64,000 nt of DNA, taken from the NCBI GenBank assembly GCA_963666285.1, contig OY762711.1, one strand, 5' to 3'. The notes under the pieces were generated by a model. The model did no database searches. It had not been told where the DNA came from and saw only the letters and a list, made by a program, of their open reading frames with translations. Source of the stretch: Sedimentisphaerales bacterium (GTDB taxonomy: Bacteria; Planctomycetota; Phycisphaerae; Sedimentisphaerales; SM23-30). Each line of letters starts with the position of its first letter. Position 1 is the first letter of the stretch. Both the position numbers and the translations under genes were made by a program. Positions 18,640 through 28,911 of the stretch are shown in pieces.

Positions 18640-20367
18640 CTATATTAGTATGGCTTTTCGCCATTTGCGGACGGAGTTAATGAGGAATATGTTATGTGTA
18701 GATTTAAGTTCATCAATGGTAATAACTTTTTCTGTAATTTCGCCGGATTCGAGTAGGTATCTGCGGAATGTGCCGGCGAGCAGTCCGGATGATACCGGCG
18801 GGGTGTATTTTGTGCCATTAATTTCAACTACGATATTTGAAATTGTCGATTCTGTAATTTCGCCATCCTGGTTGTAAAGGATAACATCATCGGCATCGGG
18901 GCAGCTTTGTGCGGCTTTATTATATACATCACGGTTAGTAGTTTTATGGTATAAGAAAACGTTGTTTTTGTCAATTGGTTCGGTGGCAAGTGCAATTTTA
19001 GCTGGGACAGAATTTGAGTTCAGTTCAATATTGAAAGACTGTATTTCAAAGGTATTGTCCTTATCGAGCAGCAGGCGGATACGCATAGGGGTATTAAAGG
19101 ATTGGGCGTAGCGGTTTAGTTCTGCGTTAATGATAGCAGCAGGGAAATCATAGCCGAAATATTCCGCGGACTGCTGCATGCGTAACAGGTGTTTATCGAG
19201 CAGAAAAAAGCCGTCATTTGGGGTATAAAGCATTGTTTCGAGTATCTGGAAGGGTTTGGCTGTAGGCTGGTTGAGCAGCATGGCCTTGAGGCATGCCTCG
19301 TCGAATTCGGCATGAGCGCATGAGTCCCAGACAATGCCGCCGCCGCTGCCGTATTCTACGGAAGAATTCAGTTTGTCGATGACAGCGGTTCGGATGGCGA
19401 CATTAAAGGAACAGTCTCCATTTGGCAGCATATAGCCGATAGAGCCGCAATATAAATTACGAGGAGTGGTTTCTCGCTGAGTAATGATTTTCATAGCAGC
19501 TCTTTTGGGGGCACCTGTGATTGAGGCGCAGGGGAAAAGGGCTGAAAAGATGTCGAGCAGGCTGTCTTCGGTGAAACATTGAACAGTGGAGGTCATTTGC
19601 CAAAGAGTAGGGTATCGTTCTGTAGTGAACATATCTGTTACGCTCACGCTTCCGGTTTTAGCGATTTTCCCCATATCGTTACGTATCATATCAACAATCA
19701 TAATATTTTCGGCACGAGATTTTTCGTCGGATGAGAGGTGTCTGGCGGCAGCTATGTCGGAATGATAGTCCAAACCTCGCGGATGGGTTCCTTTCATCGG
19801 TCGTGAGCAGAGTATTTCTCCTTTTCGGCTGAAAAACAGCTCTGGTGATGCAGAGCAAACGGCCAGATCATTGGTTTCGATATAAGCGGCATGTTTCGTC
19901 GGCTGGCTGGTTGTCAGCTTGTAGAAAAGGCTGTAGCAATTGCCTGAGTATCTGGCTTTGAGGCGGAAGGTGTGATTGACCTGGTAGGTATCGCCGTCTT
20001 CCAGGCGGTTTCGGATATAGCTGATATCTTCCAGATAGCGATCTTTGCTTATAGATGGCAGCCAGTCGATTTGTGGGGCTGGTGCTTCAGGTTGTTCTAA
20101 TGTATCCAGTTCTCGGGGAGCGTTAAAAATGCCAAAGAGGCAATAAGGGAATTCGTTATTACTTATAACTTCCAGGGCGGAATCAAATGCCGGGGCGGAA
20201 TCGTAACTGATATATCCGATAAGGTATTTTTCATGTTTTTTTGCATAATTTTCAGCATTTTGAATGGTTGTGCGGGTGTCTTTGAGTGCGTTAGCTCTGA
20301 AAGTTTTTACAGGCTGATCAAAATTCAGCCATGATTTTGTGTTAGAATTGTATATTATTGCCTTCAA
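18640..20367 (-). CDS. pabB: Aminodeoxychorismate synthase component I fused to ADC-lyase/aminotransferase-IV domain
   Basis: YQVN, SPELFF, PMKGT, ENIMIVDMIRND, FPCASITGAPK, IRT; C-terminal HLLRM, HKTTNR, GLLAGTFR, NSVR. Confidence 0.92.
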   Translation of the reverse strand: MKAIIYNSNTKSWLNFDQPVKTFRANALKDTRTTIQNAENYAKKHEKYLIGYISYDSAPAFDSALEVISNNEFPYCLFGIFNAPRELDTLEQPEAPAPQIDWLPSISKDRYLEDISYIRNRLEDGDTYQVNHTFRLKARYSGNCYSLFYKLTTSQPTKHAAYIETNDLAVCSASPELFFSRKGEILCSRPMKGTHPRGLDYHSDIAAARHLSSDEKSRAENIMIVDMIRNDMGKIAKTGSVSVTDMFTTERYPTLWQMTSTVQCFTEDSLLDIFSALFPCASITGAPKRAAMKIITQRETTPRNLYCGSIGYMLPNGDCSFNVAIRTAVIDKLNSSVEYGSGGGIVWDSCAHAEFDEACLKAMLLNQPTAKPFQILETMLYTPNDGFFLLDKHLLRMQQSAEYFGYDFPAAIINAELNRYAQSFNTPMRIRLLLDKDNTFEIQSFNIELNSNSVPAKIALATEPIDKNNVFLYHKTTNRDVYNKAAQSCPDADDVILYNQDGEITESTISNIVVEINGTKYTPPVSSGLLAGTFRRYLLESGEITEKVITIDELKSTHNIFLINSVRKWRKAILI

Positions 20368-20606
20368 TATTTGGTAGGTCCTTGTTTAGCATTTTTGTTA
20401 ATATTAGTATGATAGGCGGATTTGTAATATGAAGCAATTAAAATGAAGATGGGCCGGGTTGGTTGTCATGAAGTAACTTGTTTTTCTATAAAAACTTCTG
20501 GATATTCCCTAAGATATTATAGATAATATATCCAGCTTATATTTTTGTCGCAGACTTAACTGTCGTAATGCATTTAACTTATGGATTAAGTTTGAGTAAG
20601 CAGTAT

Positions 20607-20680
20607 GTTCCCGTGGCTCAACTGGATAGAGCGTGGGCCTCCGAAGCCCAAGGTTGGTGGTTCGAATCCACTCGGGAACG
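20607..20680 (+). tRNA. tRNA-Arg (anticodon CCG)
   Basis: Acceptor GTTCCCG/CGGGAAC; D-arm GCTCAACTGGATAGAGC; anticodon arm TGGGC-CTCCGAA-GCCCA; T-loop GGTTCGAATCC; CCA not encoded. Confidence 0.97.
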
Positions 20681-21203
20681 TTTTTAACTCTTGTATTTGT
20701 AGTGGGTTATGTGGGTTGAGGTTTTTGTGGTCACTTAGGAAAAATGCCTATTTGCGTCAATTTTGCGTCAGTCCCTTTTTCAATGGTTGGTCTATTGCAC
20801 CTATTTTCTATTATATAACCTCATTATTAGCCTAATTTAAGGGTTTTTAATGAAAATTGTAATGAGATACTTCCACCTTGGACTCTCTGGAGCCCAAGGC
20901 AAAATGATTCGCAATTATTGCCAGAAGTCTTACGTAGAGTTATTTTAAGTTGTTTAACTATAATCTATTACAGTTTTGTATCAACGGTATAGGAAACCGT
21001 TGATTATCTAATTGGTCTTATACATGACTGATTAAGTAAATTGCTTATTTCTAATTGATAATTAAGGCAGTATTTGCTATTATACTTTATATATAAAAGG
21101 ACTTATTGGGTAAGAATTTGGGCAAGAAGGAGTAGGCCGGGTTTAACTTTCATTAATAATATCGTTCGGATAATTTGCTTTACCTTTTTTAGGAGATAGA
21201 AAA

Positions 21204-24200
21204 ATGGGAAAGGTTACTATAAATTTAGTGGTTATTATATTATCGTTTTCTTTTTTGTGTAATTATTCTATTGCCTCCGGCGGCGATCTGGGCGCAACCT
21301 CTGGTGCCAACGGCTCTGAATCAAACCCATGGCTAATTCAGGACTTCGACGACTTCAACGCTTTCTGCTCCGACACCACAAAATGGGCCAGCAATCAATA
21401 TACCCGCCTCGAAACCGACCTCGACCTTGATCCTTCATTGCCCGGTAGACAGACCTACACTCAGGCACCAATAGCCGGTGATACTGATAGTAGTAATTAT
21501 TCACACGATGGAGAAGCATATGTAGGAAATTTTCAAGGAAGCAGCCATGCTATCAGTAATCTTACTGTTGATGGTGCATATTATTGTGGGCTATTTGGCT
21601 ATATTTCTTCAGGCGGTTCCGTCTCTAATCTAAGATTAGAACACGTTTCGGTAAATGGTACTGGTATGAACGTAGGTGGTCTCTGTGGCAGATGTCATGG
21701 TAGTATAAACACCTGTTCTATTAAAGGGGATGTTACAGGCGAAGATTCAAATGTTGGCGGTTTGTGTGGATTTATCCTGGGTAGTGAAATTATATCCTGC
21801 TATGTTACAGGTACTGTTACGGGAAATGGCAAAGTAGGTGGCCTTTGTGGATATGTTTACAATGGAAGTATAAGCGAGAGTTATTCTTCTGGAGTTGTAA
21901 ATGGAGTCTATGCTGTAGGCGGTCTGTGTGGATTTAACTCGGGTAGTGAAATTATCTCCTGCTATGTTACAGGTACAGTTAGTGGTTCAAGTAGAGAAGT
22001 AGGTGGGCTTTGTGGATGGAATAGTGGTAGTATGACTGAATGTTATGCAACCGGGAACATTACAGGAGAAGATCGTTATGTTGGTGGATTGTGTGGTAAG
22101 AGTTCAGGCATAATTGCCTCTTGCTATGCAAGTGGTAATATTGTTGGATCTGATGATTCTGTTGGTGGATTGTGTGGATATAACAATGAAGGAACGATTA
22201 ATAATAGTTATGCTGTTGGGGGGGGTATTGGTTATAGTTATGTAGGTGGCCTGTGTGGAACTAATTATGGTAGCATTATCAATTGTTATGCAAGTGGTTC
22301 TGTAACTGGTGATTTTTGTGTTCGCGGTTTATGTGGTTATAACGCTAGTAGTTCTGCAGAAATAGCAAATTGTTTTTGGGATATTGATACTTCCGGCCAG
22401 TCAGATGGATATTATAATTTCTCTAATAGTCCAGGTGTGATAACAAATGTTCAAGGTCTGGCGACCATTGAAATGCAAATTCAGTCCACTTTCACCAGCT
22501 CCGGTTGGGATTTTATTACTGAAACTAGCAATGGGATAGAGGATGTCTGGTATATGGATGGTTATCCAGTGTTATCTTGGCAAAGTGATCTTGTTGATGT
22601 TACTGTTCCTAAGATAGTAGGAATTAATATTAATCAAGCTGAAATAATAATTGAAAATTCAGGATTATTCATTGGCGATATTTTGTATGAATATAACACG
22701 ACAATTCCTGAAAATAGTGTTATTTCGCAAAGCTTAATAAGTGGAACTGTGGTTGCTGTAAATTCACATGTTGATATTGTTATCTCTCTTGGACCTGCGT
22801 TAATAGGTTCTGGAACAATTGATAACCCATATATTATTAGTAGCTATAATGATTTTCAGGAATTCATTAATGATCCATATTATTGGGCTGAAGGGGTATA
22901 TACATGTTTAATAGCAGATATAGATCTTGCCCCAAACCTTCCAGGACGAGAAGTATATACAAATGCGTTAATTGCTCCCTATACAGGTTATTCCAGTCCA
23001 AGTTTTAATGGCAACTTAAATGGAAATGGCTTTTCAATTGAAGGTCTGACTATCAATGGTGATTCGAGAAGCTATGTAGGTCTGTTTGGTACAATCGGAA
23101 GTGCTGAAATAAAGAATCTTGGTGTCAAAAGTTGTGATATCTCAGGCTATGATTATGTTGGTGGGCTGGTTGGATATATTGGATATCCTGGTATTATTAC
23201 CAATTGCTTTTCCACTGGAAGCATTACAGGTAACGCTAAAGTTGGTGGCCTTATTGGAGGTGGTAGTGATGGTAGTAGGGTAGTTAATTGTTATTCTCAA
23301 GGAATTGTTACTGGTGGCAATGGGGATGTTGGTGGCCTGGTAGGTTTTAGTTTTGGAAATATTACCTCTTGCTATTCGACAGGAGCTGTGACTGGAGACA
23401 ATAATATTGGCGGTTTGGTTGGTATGTTAGAGAGTGGTACTACAACTAATTCCTATTCTAATAGTAGCGTAACAGGCATAAACGCGAATGCTGGTGGATT
23501 AGTAGGGTGTAATTATGGTAATATCGTTAATGGCTATTCTACCGGTAATGTTGAAGGTAGCGAGAATGTTGGCGGTTTGGTTGGAGATAATTCTTTTGGC
23601 GATATCACCAATTGCTATTCTATTGGATCAGTTACTGGCAATGCTCAAGTTGGTGGTCTGGTGGGATTCGAATTATATCAAGTACTTATCACTAATAGCT
23701 ATTTCCTTGAGAATGCAGGCCCTGATAATAGTTTAGGTATGTCACTTAGTGATGAAGCAATGCGATTGCAGAGTAGTTTTGTCGGTTGGGATTTTGTTGG
23801 TGAAGTAAATAATGGGATAGATGATTATTGGCGTATGGATATGTATCCTGCCTTTTGCTGGGAAGAGGTATATGAAGACGGCTCAGAAGAGCATCCGTGG
23901 TTAATTGAGAACTATTCAGAATTTCAGATTTTTATTTCAGATCCAAACTTTTGGTCTGAGGGAGTACATGCAATACTAATGGATAATATTGACTTAGATC
24001 CAACTTTAGAAGGGAGAGAAATTTATTACAAAGCTCCAATTGCACCAGATACAGGTATTGCAACATCATCTTATGAAGGCCTGGCTTATTCAGGTAATTT
24101 TGACGGTAATAATTGCACGATTAGTAATCTCACAATAACAGGAAATCACTATTGTGGTTTATTTGGAAAGATCGATGGAGGAGAAGTTTCAAACCTCACA

Positions 24201-26426
24201 ATAAGTAATTCTAATGTTACTTCTTCTGGAAGGGATTCATCGTTGTTAGCTGGTGTAAATGCCGGACAAATTATTAATTGCACATCCAATGGCGTATTAT
24301 ATGGCAATAGTAGCAATGTTGGTGGAAATATATGTTTAGGTGGTTTAGTTGGAAGCAACCTTGGTTCTATAACCGAATCAAGCTCAGAAATTGATTTATC
24401 AGTGAGAAATACAAGTAATTGTATTGGAGGCCTGGCAGGTTATAGTTCAGGCAATATTCAAAATTGTAATTCTTCTGGAACTATAGATGGGGTTACTTCA
24501 CAGGTTGGCGGTTTAGTTGGAAGAGCAGATATTGGTATGATTAAGGGTTGTGTTTCTTTATGTGAAATAATATCTGGAAGTGGAGAGGCCGGTGGTCTTG
24601 TTGGTTGGAACAGAGGGCAAATTGAATGTAGTGCGTCTTCTGGTGATGTTAAAATTACAAAATATTCATACAACGCTGGTGGATTTGTTGGTAGCAATGA
24701 TGGGGTTATTAAAAGTAGCTATTGTGAAGGAAATATTGATGGATATTACCATTCTGGTGGATTGGTTGGAGATAATGGCGGTGCTGTCGATAATTGTTAT
24801 TCAGCTTCCAATGTATATGGTTATTCTAGTGTTGGAGGACTTGCAGGTGTTAGCTCGGGAGATTTTATGGCTTGTTATTCAATTGGTGCTGTGACAGGTA
24901 GTTATGGTCTGGGGGCAATAGTTGGTGAATATGAATCGGGAAATATAAGAAGTTGCTTCTGGGAAACTAATAGTTGTGAAATTGATACTCCTTCTGGAAA
25001 CTCTAACGAAATTAAAGGTGCTTTAGGCTTGTCTCTAGAGGAGATGCAGTCAGAAAGTACATTTATCGAATATTGTTGGGATTTTACTGGTGAAGATACT
25101 AACGGAAAAGATGATGTATGGTATATGGATGATTATCCAAGATTGAATGACAAGATTGCAAGTATTGAAGTTGGAGACCTTGGTGGAGGAGATGGTTCTT
25201 TTGAGTCTCCGTATTTAATAGAAAACTTTTTTGATTTCATTGAGTTTTGTTCTGATGGGAGTTATTGGGATGATTATGTTGAGTTAAAGTCAGATATTGA
25301 TTTAAATCCAATTTTGAACTGGCGTGAAACATACTCTCAGTATTTAATTGGTTATGAAAACTCATCTAGATATTCTGGTGTTTTTAATGGAAATGGTCAT
25401 GTGATACGAGATCTTACGATGAGAGGTGGGGCTTATCAATGTTTATTTGCAACTGCATCATCTACTGCGCATATTTCAAATCTTGGCCTTGAAAACATTG
25501 ATATTAAGGGAGGTGGAATTGCTGTTGGTTTATGTGGCGAACTGTACGGTGGAATAATTGAAGATTGTTACGTTACAGGAAATATCGAAGTTGGCTACAA
25601 TCCGTACTATGTTGCTGGTCTTTGTGGTGGTAATGAAAAAGGAACTATTACTGGGTGTTATGCGGATTGCAATATTATTTCAGGGGAATTGTCGAATTTT
25701 GTAGGTGTTCTTTGCGGTGCTACAGATGAAGGTACCGTAATCAATTGTTATTCTAAAGGTTCAATCGACTGTGGGCTTAATTCTATTGGTTGTGGCGGTT
25801 TTACAGGTGGTCTTTATTATGGTTATATTAAGTATTGCTATTCAACCGTTGAAATAAAAAACTATGGTGGTGGTTTTATTGGTAATCAAATTTACGATTT
25901 TGATATTCAGCATTGTTACTGGGATGTTGATGCATCTGGTGTTGGTGAAGATGGAGATGATGTTTACGGTGCTTTAGGCAGAACAACAGAATGGTTGCAG
26001 AATGTTGATAATTACCTTGATGATGGTTGGGATTTTACCGGGGAAATTGTCAATGGAGAATTAGATTTCTGGCATATGCAGGATTATCCGGTTTTAGCCT
26101 GGCAGGTAGATTTACCTGAAGGGGTTATTGGTGATCTAAATGGAGATGATATTGTTAATTTGGTGGACTTTGCTGTTCTTTCTTTATACTGGCTTGATAC
26201 GTGCGACGATGATAACGAATGGTGTCATGGAGCTGATCTAGATAGTTCTAGTGATATTGATATATTGGATTTATACTTATTTGCAGAATGTTGGCTGAAA
26301 ATTGAAATAGACTTAAATGATGACGATACTGTCGACCTTGAAGACTTTGCAATACTTTCTGCAAGTTGGATGGAAAATTACAATGTTAATGATTTAGCTG
26401 CAATGTTTCGTTATTGGTTATGGTAA
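21204..26426 (+). CDS. Giant secreted GLUG-repeat protein with PASTA domain and C-terminal dockerin-like repeats
   Basis: Signal peptide; four modules beginning GxG...P(W/Y)(L/I)I, each with VGGL(C/V)G repeats and ending WDF..E..NG...W.M..YP; PASTA-like VTVPKIVG...VISQS; GDLNGDDIVNLVDF. Confidence 0.9.
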   Translation: MGKVTINLVVIILSFSFLCNYSIASGGDLGATSGANGSESNPWLIQDFDDFNAFCSDTTKWASNQYTRLETDLDLDPSLPGRQTYTQAPIAGDTDSSNYSHDGEAYVGNFQGSSHAISNLTVDGAYYCGLFGYISSGGSVSNLRLEHVSVNGTGMNVGGLCGRCHGSINTCSIKGDVTGEDSNVGGLCGFILGSEIISCYVTGTVTGNGKVGGLCGYVYNGSISESYSSGVVNGVYAVGGLCGFNSGSEIISCYVTGTVSGSSREVGGLCGWNSGSMTECYATGNITGEDRYVGGLCGKSSGIIASCYASGNIVGSDDSVGGLCGYNNEGTINNSYAVGGGIGYSYVGGLCGTNYGSIINCYASGSVTGDFCVRGLCGYNASSSAEIANCFWDIDTSGQSDGYYNFSNSPGVITNVQGLATIEMQIQSTFTSSGWDFITETSNGIEDVWYMDGYPVLSWQSDLVDVTVPKIVGININQAEIIIENSGLFIGDILYEYNTTIPENSVISQSLISGTVVAVNSHVDIVISLGPALIGSGTIDNPYIISSYNDFQEFINDPYYWAEGVYTCLIADIDLAPNLPGREVYTNALIAPYTGYSSPSFNGNLNGNGFSIEGLTINGDSRSYVGLFGTIGSAEIKNLGVKSCDISGYDYVGGLVGYIGYPGIITNCFSTGSITGNAKVGGLIGGGSDGSRVVNCYSQGIVTGGNGDVGGLVGFSFGNITSCYSTGAVTGDNNIGGLVGMLESGTTTNSYSNSSVTGINANAGGLVGCNYGNIVNGYSTGNVEGSENVGGLVGDNSFGDITNCYSIGSVTGNAQVGGLVGFELYQVLITNSYFLENAGPDNSLGMSLSDEAMRLQSSFVGWDFVGEVNNGIDDYWRMDMYPAFCWEEVYEDGSEEHPWLIENYSEFQIFISDPNFWSEGVHAILMDNIDLDPTLEGREIYYKAPIAPDTGIATSSYEGLAYSGNFDGNNCTISNLTITGNHYCGLFGKIDGGEVSNLTISNSNVTSSGRDSSLLAGVNAGQIINCTSNGVLYGNSSNVGGNICLGGLVGSNLGSITESSSEIDLSVRNTSNCIGGLAGYSSGNIQNCNSSGTIDGVTSQVGGLVGRADIGMIKGCVSLCEIISGSGEAGGLVGWNRGQIECSASSGDVKITKYSYNAGGFVGSNDGVIKSSYCEGNIDGYYHSGGLVGDNGGAVDNCYSASNVYGYSSVGGLAGVSSGDFMACYSIGAVTGSYGLGAIVGEYESGNIRSCFWETNSCEIDTPSGNSNEIKGALGLSLEEMQSESTFIEYCWDFTGEDTNGKDDVWYMDDYPRLNDKIASIEVGDLGGGDGSFESPYLIENFFDFIEFCSDGSYWDDYVELKSDIDLNPILNWRETYSQYLIGYENSSRYSGVFNGNGHVIRDLTMRGGAYQCLFATASSTAHISNLGLENIDIKGGGIAVGLCGELYGGIIEDCYVTGNIEVGYNPYYVAGLCGGNEKGTITGCYADCNIISGELSNFVGVLCGATDEGTVINCYSKGSIDCGLNSIGCGGFTGGLYYGYIKYCYSTVEIKNYGGGFIGNQIYDFDIQHCYWDVDASGVGEDGDDVYGALGRTTEWLQNVDNYLDDGWDFTGEIVNGELDFWHMQDYPVLAWQVDLPEGVIGDLNGDDIVNLVDFAVLSLYWLDTCDDDNEWCHGADLDSSSDIDILDLYLFAECWLKIEIDLNDDDTVDLEDFAILSASWMENYNVNDLAAMFRYWLW

Positions 26427-26444
26427 AGAAAATGATAGTTATTC

Positions 26445-26662
26445 GTGTCCGTTCGGCGAACCACCCGTTGTGAGTTTGTAGAAGTTGCGTTATAATTGCT
26501 TTGCGGGGATTGTCGGCTAATTTATTCTGCTGAAGCCGACCAGTTATTTGGCAGCAGTTCACTCAATTTGCTATATGGTATATCGCTGATCCGGTCGATA
26601 ACATCTTTCAGATACACCTGCGGGTTCAAGCCATGGCGACTGGCACTCTGTAAAATCGACAT
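26445..26662 (-). pseudogene. IS66 remnant (TnpC C-terminus and probable right end)
   Basis: 26662-26522 reads MSILQSASRHGLNPQVYLKDVIDRI...ELLPNNW; GTGTCCGTTCGGCGAACC at 26445 resembles an IS66 terminus. Confidence 0.82.
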
Positions 26663-26911
26663 AACTTATTGAGTACGAAGCATGTATAAAAGTGAAAAAC
26701 GAGGCCAACACTCATCTTTCTTAAATGTCATATCTGTAATAGTTTATAGATTAATTTATCTTGATCACAGTTTTGACCCTACTGACCCACTTTGCCTGTT
26801 TTAGGGAGTGTTGGCTTAAAAATCCCAAGGTGAGAATGCTGTTTTAGTTGTTATTCGTTGTTTTAGTATAATGTAACCTCGATAAGTAGTATGATATTTG
26901 TGGTGATATGG

Positions 26912-26990
26912 TTGGATTTCTCAATTGGAAATTTAATATTTACCTTGGATTTCTCAAGTAAAAAGTCGATAATATGGTTGGAAAATTCAA
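26912..26990 (+). promoter_or_regulatory. Three TTG-N7-CAA boxes at 33 bp spacing
   Basis: TTGGATTTCTCAA at 26912 and 26945; TTGGAAAATTCAA at 26978. Confidence 0.6.
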
Positions 26991-27003
26991 CTGAGGTCCA
27001 ATA

Positions 27004-28320
27004 ATGAAGCGATTAGCAGAAAAGCAAATACTAAAATGGAAGAATTCAACTCGCCGAAAACCTTTGATAATTCGAGGAGCTCGGCAGGTCGGCAAGACAT
27101 GGCTGGTTGAAAACTGTCTGGCAAAAGAGTTTGAAAATTTTGCTAGAATCGATTTGGAACAGCAGCGATATCTTCACGGCCTATTTGGAGATGACCTTGA
27201 CCCTATTAAGATTATCGAGGAGCTTGAAGGTTCAGTCGGCAGGATAATACCTGGCAAGACATTGTTGTTTATAGATGAGATCCAAGCTTGTCCAAGAGCG
27301 ATAACAGCTTTGAGGTATTTTTATGAGCAAATACCGGAGCTCCATGTAGTTGCAGCAGGTTCATTACTTGAGTTTGCCTTTGGTGAGATATCAGTTCCGG
27401 TTGGAAGAGTTCAATACTTATATTTGCACCCAATGACTTTTTATGAATTTTTACTTGCAACAGGTAAAGATGTTTTGGCTGATAAAATTCTCATGCCGCA
27501 GCAAGAGATCTCACCAACGATGAGCAATCTAATTTTTGAGGAGTTGAAAAGATACTTTTTTGTCGGCGGTATGCCTGAATGTGTCAAGGCTTTTCGAGAT
27601 ACTAACTCCAGGCTTGAAGCTTTTGCTGTTCAATCTGAAATCCTGGATTCATACAGGCAGGATTTTGCCAAGTTCAAGCCTCAGGTTGATAATACTTGTC
27701 TGGATGCAGTTTTTAGCAAGGCGGCTCTTTCAGTTGGTGAGCAGATAAAATATACTCGGCTTTGTGATGATTTTAGTGGGACAACCAATCGCAAAGCATT
27801 TGATTTACTGGTAAAAGCCAGGATACTACACAAAATTCCAGCCTGTGATCCATCCGGTTTGCCACTCGGGGCAACTGCTAGTGGTCGAAAATTCAAATCT
27901 TGTATGCTTGACATTGGACTTTTGCAGAGCCTCTGCCAGATTGATGTTGCCCGTGAGACGGCAGAAAAGGATCTTCTCGCAATATATCGTGGTAAGCTGG
28001 CTGAACAGTTTGTCGCCCAGGAAATGCTTACCTGGCATAATCAGGACTTGTTCTATTGGTCAAGGAATACCAAAAACTCAGACGCTGAGGTTGATTACCT
28101 TGCTATACGAGATGGTAGTATATATCCGATTGAAGTGAAAGCCGGACCGTCAGGCAAGCTAAAAAGTCTTCATATGGTTTTGAAAACTTATTCAAACTGC
28201 CCGCAAGGCTGGGTGTTGTATAATGGTCCACACCAGGAGATTCCAGAACAGAAACTTGTATTCTGGCCGCTTTATGCTACTGCCCAAATGGGTGATCGTA
28301 ATCAATACCCTGAAATATAA
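27004..28320 (+). CDS. AAA_14 ATPase with DUF4143 / PD-(D/E)xK-like C-terminus
   Basis: GARQVGKT, FIDEIQ, AAGSLL, GGMPE, EVDYL...PIEVKAG. Confidence 0.92.
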   Translation: MKRLAEKQILKWKNSTRRKPLIIRGARQVGKTWLVENCLAKEFENFARIDLEQQRYLHGLFGDDLDPIKIIEELEGSVGRIIPGKTLLFIDEIQACPRAITALRYFYEQIPELHVVAAGSLLEFAFGEISVPVGRVQYLYLHPMTFYEFLLATGKDVLADKILMPQQEISPTMSNLIFEELKRYFFVGGMPECVKAFRDTNSRLEAFAVQSEILDSYRQDFAKFKPQVDNTCLDAVFSKAALSVGEQIKYTRLCDDFSGTTNRKAFDLLVKARILHKIPACDPSGLPLGATASGRKFKSCMLDIGLLQSLCQIDVARETAEKDLLAIYRGKLAEQFVAQEMLTWHNQDLFYWSRNTKNSDAEVDYLAIRDGSIYPIEVKAGPSGKLKSLHMVLKTYSNCPQGWVLYNGPHQEIPEQKLVFWPLYATAQMGDRNQYPEI

Positions 28321-28337
28321 ATGATAGGCAAATTACA

Positions 28338-28544
28338 ATGGATAACAAACATTCCATATTTTACGATGGTACTGAGGTTAATCCTGATCTTGTATTGAAT
28401 CCTTCCTTGTGTGTAAGTTGTAAAAGAGATGGCTTATCTGGCAAAGAAGATATTTTATGTAAATTGAACCGTCTGGACCAACAGGGTGAAGAAGATTTTA
28501 TTTGCGGTGCGTATGATCCGAAAAATAATGCTGATGATGAATGA
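28338..28544 (+). CDS. Small Cys-containing hypothetical protein
   Basis: 68 aa ORF with CxxC, C and CGAY. Confidence 0.6.
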   Translation: MDNKHSIFYDGTEVNPDLVLNPSLCVSCKRDGLSGKEDILCKLNRLDQQGEEDFICGAYDPKNNADDE

Positions 28545-28614
28545 TGGAAGTTAATTTTGAATCAAGATAAATATAATCAGCTTGAGAAACTACGTAAAGA
28601 GTTTGCAGTATTAA

Positions 28615-28887
28615 ATGCAAGAAGGCAGGTCAAATCTTGTCATTGCAACAGGTCGCTATTTAGGTGAAGGTTTTGACCATCCCAGGCTGGATACGTTATT
28701 TCTGGCATTGCCTGTGTCATGGAAGGGGACAATAGCACAATATGCCGGGCGATTGCATAGAGACCACCATAGTAAAAGTGAAGTAAGGATATACGATTAT
28801 GCCGACATGAATGTACCTATGTTAGCGAGAATGTTTGATCGAAGGATGGCTGGTTATAAAGCTATTGGGTATGAATTGAAGCAATAA
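28615..28887 (+). pseudogene. C-terminal fragment of an SF2 DEAD/DEAH (type III Res-like) helicase
   Basis: ATGRYLGEGFDHPRLDTLFLALP, QYAGRLHR, IYDYAD; all N-terminal helicase motifs are absent. Confidence 0.82.
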
Positions 28888-28911
28888 TGAAATTATTAAC
28901 TTGGAGCTGAA

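Noticed and set aside
20605..20835. 76 aa ORF
   Set aside because: Overlaps tRNA-Arg; shadow ORF.
21650..24950. Periodic GTTGGTGG repeats resembling an array
   Set aside because: They encode GLUG repeats; degenerate and in frame, so not CRISPR. No CRISPR array or cas gene was seen in the window.
26704..26816. 10 bp inverted repeat GCCAACACTC / GAGTGTTGGC as a MITE
   Set aside because: Single copy, short arms and no target duplication seen.
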